Part shown: one piece after another, positions 19,734 through 32,600 of the stretch | Position numbering within the stretch: position 1 is the first letter of the stretch | Layout of the letters: every line of letters begins with the position of its first letter | Source of the DNA: Naegleria gruberi | Taxonomy: Eukaryota | Strand: one strand, 5' to 3' | Assembly: GCA_000004985.1 (NCBI GenBank) | Contig: GG738860.1 | DNA length: 64,000 nucleotides | Notes under the pieces: generated by a model | Told to the model about the DNA's origin: nothing | The model's database searches: none | Seen by the model: only the letters and a program-made list of their open reading frames with translations | Program-made: the position numbers and the translations under genes

Positions 19734-21605
19734 ATGGCGCCACTCGTTTTTATCGATGATGTTCTCCACCTCATATTTACGTCCTTTCTTGATGACGAGT
19801 CTATGGTAAAATATGGTTTTTCAGTCTGTAAACAATGGAATAATATGGTTAGATCAATTCCGATTGACTTGATATTGGAAAAGTATAAATTGGCTAGGTT
19901 GGTCAAATCCTCTCCGAATTTAAACCTTCGATCATTGGTTTTAAATCAGGCTATCGGTGAAGATATGCGGGAGAGAATTCAACAATGTAGTACCATGTCC
20001 ACTCTACAAGTACTGGTATTGGATGGTGTCATGGATTTTTCATCCATGATGAAATTAATTACGAGTCCGGTAATGTCAAATCTTGTGGATGTTAGATTTA
20101 ATGGTAGTTATAATAAGAAGGATAAGCTAATTGCTCCTTGCCCTCAAATGAAGGCTTTGAAGAGTTTGGGTTTAGATGGAACTGTTGATGAATTGTTAGT
20201 GTCCATTTCAAAAAACGAATACTTGGAAAATTTAACAGAGTTGGATTTGGATATGGCAAGTTATACAGATAAGGGAATTGTAGCTTTGGTTTCTAATAAT
20301 TCTCATGTTAAAAATTTAACAAGTTTGAGTTGTGAATCAAGTCAATTAACTGGTACAGCTATACGTGCTATTGCCAATTCTCCTAATATGAAAAATTTGA
20401 CCAAACTAAATATTGGCTACAATTACAAGGGAGTGGAAGGAATACGAGATATCATTCAAAGTGAATACATGAAGAATCTCCAAATTCTCCATCTCACTGA
20501 GGGTTTCGAGCTTCTTGTCTCTGAAAATTCACAAATCAAGAATTTGAAAAAGCTCAAAATGATGGGACATCGTTTGAACGAGGATATCATCAAAATTGCC
20601 AACTGCCCTCATATGAATCAAATTGAAAAATTGGGAAGATATTTTGGTACTTCTACTAGTGCTTTGGAAGCCTCAGGTGATACTGCTCTAGCTGAGAGTA
20701 AATACATTACCAAATTGAAAAAGTACTATTTGGAATTTGAAGAAACAGATGAACCAACCATGTTCATTACCAGCCCTAATTCTGAAAATGTGCAGAGTAT
20801 CTACGGAGCTGTCAACAGCTTCAAAATGGCTAAAGCCCTTGCCGAATCTCTTTATTTGAAAAATCTATCCCGTTTGCACATTTATGGACAAGATGAAGAG
20901 AATATTTTTGAAATATTATCAGAAAGCAAGAATTTGAAAGAAAATTTACAATCTCTTTCCTTTAGATATACAGGGAATGAAATGATGTCTTCATCTTGCA
21001 AGGTTATATCTCATATTGGAAAATTTTCAAAATTGAAAAAGTTAGATCTTGCATTTATCAACATTGGATTGGACGGAATGAATTTAATCATTTCAAGTGC
21101 ATTTATCAAGAATTTGAGCAAGCTCTCCCTGACTGAATGTTGTATTGACAGCGATTGCCTAAAGGCTCTTTCTGAGTGTCAAGATTTCCAACTCACTAGT
21201 TTATCCTTGGGAAATAACGAGAAGCTTAGAGGGCAAATTCATTTACTCTGTGAAATGACAAGTTTAACATGTTTGCAAGAATTAAATTTGAAGAGTTGCG
21301 ACCTGTCTGATGAGGACATTTTGAGCATTTCACAATGTAAATACTTGACCAATCTTAGACATCTCAACGTAAGATTTAATAATGTATCCAATGAAGCTTT
21401 AAAATTCATATTCCTTTCAGATAACATGCAAAAATTGTCCATGTTAGATATGTTCCGTAGCAACATAACCATGACACAGGAATTATCAGATTTAATACTT
21501 GAAAATGTTTCTAGATTCACCAATTTATCATTTTTAAGTATTCCAAGACAGGGCAAATTATCAAACAAGCTTGAAGAACAATTGGATAAATTTGGAATTT
21601 CCTAA
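19734..21605 (+). CDS. F-box / leucine-rich-repeat protein.
   Basis: 623-aa ORF. The N-terminus is F-box-like (IDDVLHLIFTSFLDDESMVKYGFSVCKQWNNMV). It is followed by many LRR units (L..L.L..N.I...). Confidence 0.75.
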   Translation: MAPLVFIDDVLHLIFTSFLDDESMVKYGFSVCKQWNNMVRSIPIDLILEKYKLARLVKSSPNLNLRSLVLNQAIGEDMRERIQQCSTMSTLQVLVLDGVMDFSSMMKLITSPVMSNLVDVRFNGSYNKKDKLIAPCPQMKALKSLGLDGTVDELLVSISKNEYLENLTELDLDMASYTDKGIVALVSNNSHVKNLTSLSCESSQLTGTAIRAIANSPNMKNLTKLNIGYNYKGVEGIRDIIQSEYMKNLQILHLTEGFELLVSENSQIKNLKKLKMMGHRLNEDIIKIANCPHMNQIEKLGRYFGTSTSALEASGDTALAESKYITKLKKYYLEFEETDEPTMFITSPNSENVQSIYGAVNSFKMAKALAESLYLKNLSRLHIYGQDEENIFEILSESKNLKENLQSLSFRYTGNEMMSSSCKVISHIGKFSKLKKLDLAFINIGLDGMNLIISSAFIKNLSKLSLTECCIDSDCLKALSECQDFQLTSLSLGNNEKLRGQIHLLCEMTSLTCLQELNLKSCDLSDEDILSISQCKYLTNLRHLNVRFNNVSNEALKFIFLSDNMQKLSMLDMFRSNITMTQELSDLILENVSRFTNLSFLSIPRQGKLSNKLEEQLDKFGIS

Positions 21606-21837
21606 TTTTCCAAACAAATTCTATTAGAAGTTGTTCATTTATATTTCTTAGTTGTTGGCAGCACTTGGTGGATACGTATACCAACCCAACAATTAACCAA
21701 TCATTCATTGTAAAATCAATTTCCGTCGTTCGCTTAAATTGACAATTCCCAACCAGTATCAATCTATCAACACCACTGCCAACTCTCAATTCCCAACCCA
21801 AATAATCTGAAAAAAACTAACCACACACAACAGTTAG

Positions 21838-24774
21838 ATGAAAAAGCACTCATTATTGAATTTCCTGAAGGAATCACAACAAGCTCTCAAGAACAGAAGA
21901 GAACAAGACAGCAAGCCTAGTCACAGGATTCAACCATCCATTGAAGAGTTAGAAAAGTATGCTCACACACCACTTGGTGCATCCTATTTGAAAGCCAGAT
22001 TATTTTTTGATGAGGGAAAGAAGGAATTCTTCTCTGGACATCAAAAGAAGGGCCTTGAATTGATCAGGAAGGGTTTTTGGGAAGATGAAAAGGCATGTCC
22101 ATTTTCTGAAGATGAAGGAGATGCAGTATTGAAATATTGTTGGGATCAAGTGACTCAGAAATCAAGTCCTGATGTCGAGCTTCAAAACACATGTGGCTTG
22201 GTAATTGCATTAATGCATCCTGCCATGGAACCAAAAATCATGACATCTCCATACTTGCTCCAAGAAGGTTCCTTTAGAGCTGTTACATTGGTAGCCTCAT
22301 GGTTGGCATCTGCAGGGGAATGGGAAAATGCACTCCCATTATTCATGCAAGGTTATCAAATTGACCCAACAGATGTGGAGAATTATTATGCTATTGGTGT
22401 GATGTTCAAGTTTCTAAATGATTGGACAAGTGCTCGTGCATGGTTGGAACGTTACATTCAACATTCGGACATTCAGGGTTTCAAGAGACCAGCAGCTCAC
22501 TATGAATTAGCTGCGATTGCACTCGCAGAAAATGATATCACTGAAGCTGCAGAACAAGCCAAACTTGCTAGAATAACTCTCAAAGAGAGAATACCCTACT
22601 TGCCTCCTCTATCTACCTCATCCCAAATGATGGTAGAGAGCATGCTTGGATTAATGGGTGAAACAAACTCCTTCCCAAAGAATGCAAGAAAGGCCGCTGA
22701 AAAAATTGGCAAACAGCATGCATCCAACAATTCAACAAATGCATCATCCTCATCTTCATCAACAACCTCAACAAGGGTTGTTACTGTTCCACCTCCATCA
22801 AAGGAAGCATCAGACTTGAAAGAGAAGGGTAATCAATTGTTTGAAAAGAAAAAGTATAAGGAAGCAATTGAATGTTATTTGAAAGCACTTTCTCTTGGAA
22901 AGAGCAGTATTGATGCAATCTTGCACTCGAACATTTCTGTTTCATATGCGAAAATGGACAATTATGTTGAATCTCTAACGCATGCCGAGAGTTCAATCAT
23001 TGTAGATCCATATCTTTCTAAAGGTTATGCAAGAAAAGCGTTTGCCTTGATGAAATTGAACAGAACTCAAGAGGCCCGTAAATTCACCATTATTAGTAAT
23101 GCATTGGGAATGAAAATTGTAAAGGGTCATGAGCTACACTCACTCTTACCTGATTCCCAAATTGTACTTGTTAAGAATTCATACAATTTGAAAAAGTCCA
23201 TGTTGGAGCAAAATACCACTCAGAGACTATTCATTGTAATTACAGATGAAGACTCCTACAACTTTTCCACTGATATTACTAGACCATGTTCTCTTATTGG
23301 AATTGGAAGAGAGAAACCCAAGTTTACAGGCATGTTTGATACTCTATTTTGGGTTTCCTCTCCTGATTGTCACTTTGATAATCTCAGTATTTCACACTCG
23401 AGAACTCAACTTGTCTATGTTCGTGAAAAGGGTTCATTGACAGCTAGGGATTGTCATTTCTTCTCTTCCAGTAATCCAATGCCACTCGTTGCATGTGGAG
23501 AAGGTGGAAAGTTAACACTTTTGGATTGTGAAATTTATGGAGCTATGGAATCTGGAGGAGTGATGGCTCATGATAATGGATCTATTGTTAAAATGACAAA
23601 TTGTAAGATTCATGATTGCAGTAGGGCAGCTTTAGAAGTGGTGACACATGCAAAAGCTGAAGTTGACAATTGCGAGTTTTATGAATGTGGACAAGGCATA
23701 ATTGGATACAATAGAGGAAAGAGCATTCGTGTGAATAATACAAGAGTTTACCAACATGCAAAGGAAGGAGTTTTGATAGCTATGGGTTGTTCAGCAACAT
23801 TCTCCAAAGTTTCCATCTTTAAGAATAATCATTTTGGATTGAGCGTTGATAATACTGGAACTGCAAAGTTGACCGAATGCGATATTACTGACAACTTGTT
23901 CTATGGCGTGAGTGTGAAGGGAGATTGTCCATTCGAAATGAATAATTCTACCATTAGTGGAAATCAATGTGGAGGTGTTAGAATTGGAATTAATTACACC
24001 TCACCAATCATTATATCTGGATGTAAAATTGTCAATAACACAGGTCCAGGAATCCACAATGAATCTGACAAGTTGAAAATTCCACAAGAAAAGAAGAATT
24101 TCATCAATCAAATGAAACAAATGGGATTGTCAGATAGAGATACGTCCAACAAGGTTTTCAAACAAGTTGCCTCAGCCATAGGAGGAAGCTTAAAATTGAC
24201 CATTACTGATTGCATTCAAGAAGGAAATGATTCACGTGCTGTAGAATCTTCTCAAGCTGATAAGTGCTCATTTTGTCATGTTTCTGCTGAAAAGTGTTTC
24301 AAATGTGCCAAATGTAAACAAGTAATGTATTGTGGCACAGCTTGTCAAAAGAAGGATTGGACCAAACACAAGATATTTTGTGATAGCATGGCTGAAAGCA
24401 ATACAGTTACGATAGACATTTCAAGCAGTTCTGTTGAGGGAAAATTGGTTAGAAATTCAGACCTTTCCTCCAAATATAAGAAACGTCAAGAAGAAAAGAA
24501 GGGAAAATACATGGATGGTGATGATTTTGTTGTGAAAATTCAAACAATCGAATTGGATAGCTCACCAGATCAAACATTGACTCTCTATGATGAAAGTAGG
24601 GAGTTGGTACTCAATTTTAGTAATAGAGATATATTCTATTTGATCATGAAATATGGCACATTGGGAGAAAATCAAATGACATCAAAAAAGATTTTCGTCA
24701 AGGCAAGATTTAATAAGGAAAATAATCAATTGAATGTCTATACTCATAAGGTTTTGCCCATTAGATTGTGGTAG
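21838..24774 (+). CDS. Multidomain protein with N-terminal TPR repeats, a parallel beta-helix (PbH1-type) repeat region and a C-terminal MYND zinc finger.
   Basis: 978-aa ORF. TPR-like helices: ...KEKGNQLFEKKKYKEAIECYLKALSL... Beta-helix repeats: NCKIHDCSRAALEV / NCEFYECGQGI / SGNQCGGVRIG. MYND finger: CSFCHVSAEKCFKCAKCKQVMYCGTACQKKDWTKHKIFC. Confidence 0.8.
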   Translation: MKKHSLLNFLKESQQALKNRREQDSKPSHRIQPSIEELEKYAHTPLGASYLKARLFFDEGKKEFFSGHQKKGLELIRKGFWEDEKACPFSEDEGDAVLKYCWDQVTQKSSPDVELQNTCGLVIALMHPAMEPKIMTSPYLLQEGSFRAVTLVASWLASAGEWENALPLFMQGYQIDPTDVENYYAIGVMFKFLNDWTSARAWLERYIQHSDIQGFKRPAAHYELAAIALAENDITEAAEQAKLARITLKERIPYLPPLSTSSQMMVESMLGLMGETNSFPKNARKAAEKIGKQHASNNSTNASSSSSSTTSTRVVTVPPPSKEASDLKEKGNQLFEKKKYKEAIECYLKALSLGKSSIDAILHSNISVSYAKMDNYVESLTHAESSIIVDPYLSKGYARKAFALMKLNRTQEARKFTIISNALGMKIVKGHELHSLLPDSQIVLVKNSYNLKKSMLEQNTTQRLFIVITDEDSYNFSTDITRPCSLIGIGREKPKFTGMFDTLFWVSSPDCHFDNLSISHSRTQLVYVREKGSLTARDCHFFSSSNPMPLVACGEGGKLTLLDCEIYGAMESGGVMAHDNGSIVKMTNCKIHDCSRAALEVVTHAKAEVDNCEFYECGQGIIGYNRGKSIRVNNTRVYQHAKEGVLIAMGCSATFSKVSIFKNNHFGLSVDNTGTAKLTECDITDNLFYGVSVKGDCPFEMNNSTISGNQCGGVRIGINYTSPIIISGCKIVNNTGPGIHNESDKLKIPQEKKNFINQMKQMGLSDRDTSNKVFKQVASAIGGSLKLTITDCIQEGNDSRAVESSQADKCSFCHVSAEKCFKCAKCKQVMYCGTACQKKDWTKHKIFCDSMAESNTVTIDISSSSVEGKLVRNSDLSSKYKKRQEEKKGKYMDGDDFVVKIQTIELDSSPDQTLTLYDESRELVLNFSNRDIFYLIMKYGTLGENQMTSKKIFVKARFNKENNQLNVYTHKVLPIRLW

Positions 24775-25039
24775 TTTTGAATAATTCAATAATTAGCTAT
24801 ATATTCAAGAAATAGATCTATCAAGATATTTATTAATAGCAATAGATAAATAAAAACCTAACCTTTAGAAAACATTTAACTTTTGACACTTGGCATTAAT
24901 AACATGACAGCTGGCATTTGACACATGCTTACTGAACTCAATAATTCCTGTATCATTTATGATAAAAAAGAACTCTAAAATTGTTGAATAATTACTATTT
25001 CATTTATTCAAGTGTTAAAATGATTGGAAATTGAGAAAT

Positions 25040-26079
25040 TTAGAGTTGAGCCAAACCAGACCAAACATTATCCTCAATACCACATTCATCAGAACCTCTC
25101 AAGATCCAGAAGAAACCTTCTTGACCCCAGTTGGTATTCCATGAGTTGGCAACAATCCAGTATGGAGTATCCTTACCATCAGAGGTAACACCCCAACCAA
25201 CAATTTTGATGGCATGTCCACCTGCCAAAGATCCAGAAACATGTCTATAGACACCTGACTTATACGAAAAGAAATCTTGGTAAACAGAGAAAGCAGCTTG
25301 AACTGGGCCATTTGCTTGGATATCCTTTTGAATATCATCAATAGAACTCAATTGAGCAACAGAGGAAGACTTGGCCTTGTAGAGCTTGATAGCAGAACCA
25401 TCAGTACAAGAAGTTGGGCAAGAACCAACATCACCATTACCAGAAGTGTATGGATCACACTTATCAGATGGAATACCAGTACCAGCAAGGAAAGCCCAAG
25501 CATTGTTCAAATAACCACCATCACAACCATAATCAGTAGAGTCACATTGCAACATGTATTCTGGTGACAAGACAACATCAACTGAACCATTTGAAGCAAT
25601 ACAGAATCTATCAGACAAGACTTCAGAAGCAGAGAAAGCCCAACATGATCCACATTGCTTTAACATTAACAAGAAAATGTCAAATTAATAATTTGATTAT
25701 TGACATTTTGCAAAATAAATGTTAAAACTGCTAATTAAATTAATAAAAAACCTACTTGTTGATCTCTAATTGGATGAACACACTTGCCCCACTTGGTTCT
25801 AGCATCGAATGAGGAAGCAGCCTTCAAATTAGCTGGCATTGTCTTCTTTGGCAAATTGTTGATTGGATGAACCAAGACGGTACCCAACAATTTACGAGCG
25901 TCGCGCAAGGTCATTCCAGCGAATTGCGGATAGGCGGCGGCGGTCCAACCAATGCTAGAGTCAGCATTGATCTTTTGGATCAAGGTGTGATCGTGGACTG
26001 GTCTGTCGAGGGTGGAGAGTTGAGCAAAGGTGCTGACGGCAGCCAATGCTAACAATAAACAAATGATGGCGACTTTCAT
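25040..26079 (-). CDS. Cathepsin B-like cysteine protease, paralog A, preproenzyme with signal peptide. Two exons: join(26079..25756, 25657..25040) on the minus strand.
   Basis: The signal peptide is MKVAIICLLLALAAVSTFA. The active-site Cys motif QCGSCWAFS opens the second exon, and the His (GGHAIKIVGWG) and Asn (NSWNTNWG) regions are present. The intron is 98 nt, GTAGGT...TTAAAG. Predicted 313 aa. Confidence 0.9.
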
Positions 26080-26555
26080 TTTTTTTTTTGATTGATGAAA
26101 GATGGGAGGGTGGTTGGTGCGTCCGTTTTTATTGAAGAGAGTAAAGCAGAAGAGGAAAGAGAATGGCGGATGAGTGTTACAATGGGAGATTTGAACTCCT
26201 TGGGAATAAAAACAGCCGACAATGACGGAATGGATTGTTGTAAACTTGATGTTTATATTCGAAAGTTCAAAGAAGGTATTGTGGAGGAAAATGTCGTATT
26301 TAAAAAGTGGTTGTATATTCAGGAGTCTGATTTGAAAAATTTGCTGCGTGGATTAATAAATGATGATTGACCATTTGCAAAGTCAAATCATTGGTAAGAA
26401 TTGATGCTTTTGATAATTAATAGTGTATTTGATATTATTCAAGATTAAAAACAATTGTTTTAAGAAGCTCTCATGTGAATTCCATCTACTTTCAGGCAAT
26501 AAGGTAAAATGATGTGTATCTTATGATACGATGTTTTTAAAAACTTAATAAGGAA

Positions 26556-26637
26556 GTTGAGGTGGCCGAGTGGTTAAGGCGCCAGCCTGCTAAGTTGGTG
26601 GAGTAATCCGCGTGGGTTCGAATCCCATCCTCAACGT
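26556..26637 (+). tRNA. tRNA-Ser(GCU)
   Basis: Cloverleaf GTTGAGG-TG-GCCGAGTGGTTAAGGC-G-CCAGC-CTGCTAA-GTTGG-long variable arm-GTGGGTTCGAATCCCAT-CCTCAAC-G. It has a class II long variable arm and a Ser-type D-loop. Confidence 0.9.
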
Positions 26638-27791
26638 TTTGCTTGATTAATATTTTTTTATCAAACAAAGATTTTTATTGAGGACAATTGTCCTCCCAAA
26701 AAACAGAGCTGTCCATGACCCTTAATATTTTTTCCGATTGGGAGCTTGACATGATCTTATTCACGGAGTGCAATTGGTGAACATGTTCCTCACCTGGTCC
26801 TTCCTTTGAGTTGCTCCAAAGATGAGTTTAATACAAAATTAATATTTATTACAATGATAAAAATAGTGATGAATAGCTTGTTGGTTCGCTCTCAACAGAT
26901 CCATTTCCTCATTCTGACAATGCTTCTTGTCTTTCCAATAAATTTTTGATTGTGCATTCAATGAATTGAAAGTTCACAATCTGGTTATAACTCAACCTTG
27001 TTGTTTGTTCAATAATAAAGAGGAGTGGATTCTGTTGTATATACTGCATTTTACAACCACAATTATATTAGATTCCAAACTGATTACACTCTCCCATGTC
27101 TCACCGATAGGAGTAATGAAACCAAGTATCCATTCATTTAGATATTAGGAGATTAAGGTGAAACAGTCTCCCAACTACAGTTATGAGAATGCCCAAAGAC
27201 AAAGTTCTTTTAGGAGATGATTGGATTAAATGTTTAAATGTGATCCAGGAGTTCTGAGGCAAAAAGGAAAAGTTTAATCTCCGTTGATGCAACCAGATTT
27301 GAATATTCACTCTTGTTTCATTACATTTTTAAAATCATTCTAATTGGTATGAAATGTTATTGTTTCGATTGAATGTATTGTTATTAATCTTGTTGAAGTG
27401 TTTCTTTTTAAAATTGAATCCAAAATGTGTTAATTCACGACAGAGTGGAATACTGCTATTTTTAAAGTTGTGATAAATGATTGGTTGTCAATGAGGATCA
27501 GCCGACTCCGTGATCAAATTGTATATCAAATAACGACATTAATTTCAAGTCAATTTGTTTACCACATGAAGCATACCCAAAAATACAATATTCAATCTAG
27601 ATAACAATTTTATTGGTGTTGCATTTTCTTTTAAGTGGCTTCCTGCTGTTACTTGGAAGCTGCACTGAACGCTAAAAAGAACCAATTGTAAACTCGTCAA
27701 AAAACTCCTATCAACTTCCGGTCCGTTGCGTCTTCTAGAAGCTTTAAAAACACAGCCAACCGCAATTCCTCAACAAACAGATTAAAAAAAA

Positions 27792-28941
27792 ATGAAATCA
27801 GTCTTTATTGCTGCTTTGTTGTTGGTTCTTGCCACTGCTGCATTTGCCTTCGACTCTGAATTCTTGGCTCAACCAGTCCATGATAACACCCTCATTAACA
27901 AGATTAACACTACCCCAAGAGTTGCTTGGAAGGCTGGTTCCTACAAGCAATTTGAAAACATGACCTTGGGTCAATTCAGAAAGGTATGTTTATATTGTTT
28001 TAACTCGTGGTGCCAACAATATTTTATTATTTTAATTTGTTATTAATTTTTTTCGCTACTTGCTCTCTCACTTCATGATGAACCACCACAACAAACACAA
28101 ACAAAATAATAATAACAATTCCACTCTACTCTAATGATATAGATGCTCGGTGCTGTCCTCATTCAAAAGGGTACTGCTGAAATGATCAAGAAGAAGACTG
28201 CTACTGGTGCTGTTGCTGCTGTCCCAGCTTTCGATTCTAGAACTAAATGGCCACACTGTGTTCACCCAATCAGAAATCAAGAACAATGCGGTTCTTGTTG
28301 GGCTTGTAAGTATTTAATTGTTGTGAAATTTTGTGATATATATTTCATTAATAGTCTCTGCTTCTGAAGTCTTGTCTGACAGATTCTGTATTGCTTCTGG
28401 CGGTAAGGTTGATGTTGTCTTGTCTCCTCAATACATGGTTTCTTGTGACTCTACTGATTATGGTTGTGATGGTGGTTATTTGAACAATGCTTGGGCTTTC
28501 CTTGCTGGTACTGGTATTCCATCTGATAAGTGTGCTCCATATACCTCTCAAAATGGTGATGTTGCTGCTTGTCCAAGCAAGTGTCAAGATGGTTCATCTG
28601 TCAAGCTCTACAAGGCTAAGAACCCACAACAATTGAACGATATCCCATCCATCATGGAAGATATGCAACAAAATGGTCCAGTTCAAGCTGCTTTCTCTGT
28701 TTATAGAGATTTCATGTCCTACAAGTCTGGTGTTTATCATCACGTCTCTGGTTCCCTCTTGGGTGGTCACGCCATCAAGATGGTCGGTTGGGGTGTTGAC
28801 TCTGCTACTAACAAGCCATATTGGATTATTGCTAACTCATGGGGCCCATCTTGGGGTTTGAACGGATTCTTCTGGATCTTGAGAGGTTCTGATGAATGCG
28901 GTATTGAGGACAATGTCTGGTCTGGTCAAGCTCAACTCTAA
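27792..28941 (+). CDS. Cathepsin B-like cysteine protease, paralog B. Three exons: join(27792..27983, 28143..28305, 28355..28941).
   Basis: Signal peptide MKSVFIAALLLVLATAAFA. The 159-nt intron is GTATGT...ATAG. The second exon ends ...CGSCWA and a 49-nt GTAAGT...AATAG intron splits a Phe codon (t|tc). The result is FSASEVLSDRFCIAS, co-linear with paralog A. Predicted 313 aa, the same as paralog A. Confidence 0.9.
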
Positions 28942-29609
28942 ATATCTCAATATTTGAGTTTGTTGACAATAAATGTACCATTATTCACAAAATATTCAAA
29001 TTTTATTATAATCGGAAATGATAATTTAAAAAGTATTAATTATTAATTAAGATTAATAAGAGATCATATCGAATTGAAAATATTTAAGAATGAATTTATT
29101 AAATAACTAAAGCCTTGAAATAGATTTCTCCCATGTGCCATTGGAAAGAGCTCCATCTTGTAGATGCAATTTGAAATGCGATGGAATGCGATGATTGGTT
29201 GGTATTGACAATTCTACAAGAGAGACTTAATGTTTGTGTAGATGAAACAATGAATTTAATTAATGTTTTTAAATATTAACTATCTATCATTTATTAAAAG
29301 TGGAAGTGATATGAGTATGATGATTCTTACAAGTCAGAAAATGATCTGATTGAATCTGAAAGAGAAATTCCCAAATTGAATGTTAGTGAAATAATTGAAA
29401 AATCTTCTCAGCCCTGTTTCATTTGATGGGTAAGAAATTCCAAGCTTGTAGGTTGACGAAGAATTATTGTTTAAATTGGACCTAAGTGAATATTTCATAA
29501 AAGAATTTGATCATTTTTATTTTATTTGAATGTTGGTCAACCAACTTGTTATCAAGGTTAGCGATTTTCATTGTAAAATTCGAAATTGATCTAAATTGTT
29601 AAAAAAAAA

Positions 29610-32600
29610 ATGGATGAACAGAGGGATCATCCTGTTATTGGATTAATTCAATTTTTACCTCTCGAAGTTTGGTATGAACATATTCTTACATACTTTCCAT
29701 CGAATTTACTTTTATCCACTCGATTGGTCAACCGAAACTTTTCGAATATCATCCTTTCATATTTTATCAAACTAAAAAAGGAGTTTAATTATTCTACCTT
29801 TCGTCTTTCTAAAAAACAATTGAAGTATTCACTCAATTTTCTATCTAGATTTGAAAATTTACAAAGTTTCTGTTTTGAAAATCCCATTATGATAATTAAT
29901 GATAAAAATGATGAACAAGCAATGAATAGTTTACTTTCGGATTTGGTTTTTCTTGAACATTTACAAGAAATTGATTTAACAAGTTGTAATCATGATGGAC
30001 AATTTATTGAAAAGTTGCTGGAAAGAAATAATTCCAATAGAATGATTGAGAATTTAACAAGTTTATCTATGAATGTTGTTGAAAGTGAACATTTCACACT
30101 CATTTTGGAACATTTCATCAATTTGAAGAGTTTGAAAATAGAAAATTTTGAATATTCTTCATTTAATAATTCAATAGCTATTAAGTTGAATGATAAATTG
30201 GAAGAATTATTTATTCATTCAGGTATTACAGCCGAACATTTAAATCAAATTATGAAACAAGGAAGAAATTTGAAAAAATTATTGATTAAAATGTCAGCAA
30301 TAGAAATGGAATATCTTGATGACTTGTCAGCATTTGAAAATTTGACAAGTTTAACAATTGAAACCAACTGTGATGTTTCCTATGTTGATATTGATCAAAT
30401 TAATTCTGAACCTGAATTTCATGCCAACTATTTCAGTTCATTGAAAAATCTTAGAAATTTGACAGAATTGGAACTTCCTTGGACAATTTCAAATGAAAAT
30501 TCAGATTCAGTCAGAGAATTCTGCCATTTGTCTCAATTATCATCTCTAAAAACTCTTTATTTAACAATATTGCAGGGAAATGATAATCAAATTGAAATGG
30601 AAAAGACTTTGGAAAAAATTATTGTAACTATTAGTCATTTATATAATTTAACAGATCTTTCTCTTGATTTCTTGGAAATATTTACAGATTTTGAAGAGAT
30701 TGATCAAAATGTACTTGATAATATTCCTCAATTGACCAAACTTGAAAAATTTACCTTTGTAGGAATACCCTATCAAGATGGAACACATGTAAAGAATCTG
30801 TGTGATTATTATTGTGTTCCAACTTTGAAATATTTGTCCGTTTCCATAAAAGATGGAATAATTCCAAGTAGAAATGACTTGAAAAGTGTTGAAAGCATTG
30901 AAATGGTTATTGAGGAGGAAAATGATGTTTATTATCAATTATTTAACAAGACAAATCTTTCAAATATTACATCATTGGAAATTGGTTTGGTTAAATTGAA
31001 AGATTTGGAATTAATTTCACAAATGACAAATCTCAAAGACTTGTCAATGAAACTTGGAAACATTTCATCTTTTAAAAGTGTGAAATTTCCCAAATCATTA
31101 CAAAGTTTAGTACTTGAGGATTGTAATTTCCTGACTGGTATGGAGAATGAACACTTTTTTGACAGCTTTGGATCTTGTCCATTCTTGGAAATTATTAATT
31201 TTACAAAATGTCCACTTTTACAAGATTCATTTGTGAGAAAGCTCAGTAAATGGATTGAAAATAGCTTGGATTGTAAACAGATTATGTTTAACCAATGTGA
31301 TGGTTTGACTAATGATTCAGTTTTCTATTTCAAAGATTTGAAAAATTGCAAATACGTACATTTTTATGAATGTAGAGAATTATACTTTACAATGGAGATT
31401 TCAAATCTTTTGATGCGTAATACTTTTATAGAAGTAGAAACAGCATGTATTGTACCAAAAAGATTCTTTGATAGGCTAAACAATACCGAATCGTATATCA
31501 TTCATGAAGAAGAAATTGTAAATTCTCTAGAAAATTTCGAAAATATGATTCGAAAATTATTGGAATTAAGGCAATTTCAAAAGGCATCTCTTTACTTGCA
31601 AGCAAACATGTTTGAGAATTGTAGTGAAGAATCAGGAAATCACAAGAAATTACATCAGTTGCTTCAAGATAAGTCTACATTATTCGAAACCAAATGGTTT
31701 TTCTATTATTCCTTTTTAAAGTGTCATGTTGAAAACATCACTTTTACAACCTATGCAGATGTTGAATTTATATATAATCAAGCAATTGAATTAATTTTCA
31801 CCCAAACTAACCAAAATGAAGAATTTATTGAAGATTTAAAGATTTTACTTGTTGAACTGTTTGAGACAGGTAAAGAGTTTGAATGTATGATGAATAACAA
31901 GTCATTGGAATATATTACAACATATCTGTATGAAAAAAGAGATTTTGACAAGTTATTGAAATGTGCTTTAACAGAAGAAAGTGCATTAGAGTTGGTTAAT
32001 CAAATAACAGAGAAAGATTGCTTCCAATTGACCAGTTTGAACAACTTGTTGGAGTTAAATGAGGATTTTCTTGATAATATCATTGAAAAGAGGTCACTTT
32101 TCAAAAATTCTCCTTCATTTACTGAAAAGATGAGGGACAGAGGAATTGAAATGGATGAAAATGATTCAGAACTATTGGAAATCAATCAAAGAGTTCCTGA
32201 AAGATTCAGGAATTCTTATTTGACAGAATTGACTGTCACCATGAGTGAAAAGAACGATTTTACAGATGGGGAATCAGAAGCATTTAATGCATTTGGTTTC
32301 AGATGGAATTTAAAAGTTCAGGAAGAAGGTGATCGGTTATTGATTGATATTAACTTACTCTCCTGTATTCCCCTCAATAGGAAATTTGATTCTTATGAAA
32401 ATATTAATGGAAATGATGGAGATTCTATTGAAATTTCATTCATGTTACTGAATTATGATAATAATCCTTATTCTTACATGAGTGGAAGAAAAATATTCGA
32501 TCAATCTTCAATGCAACATACCTTTGAAATTTCCACTACTTTGATTGAGGAGTTCTCTGAAAATAATTTCAAATTTCTAATTGGATTGGGCTTGATATCG

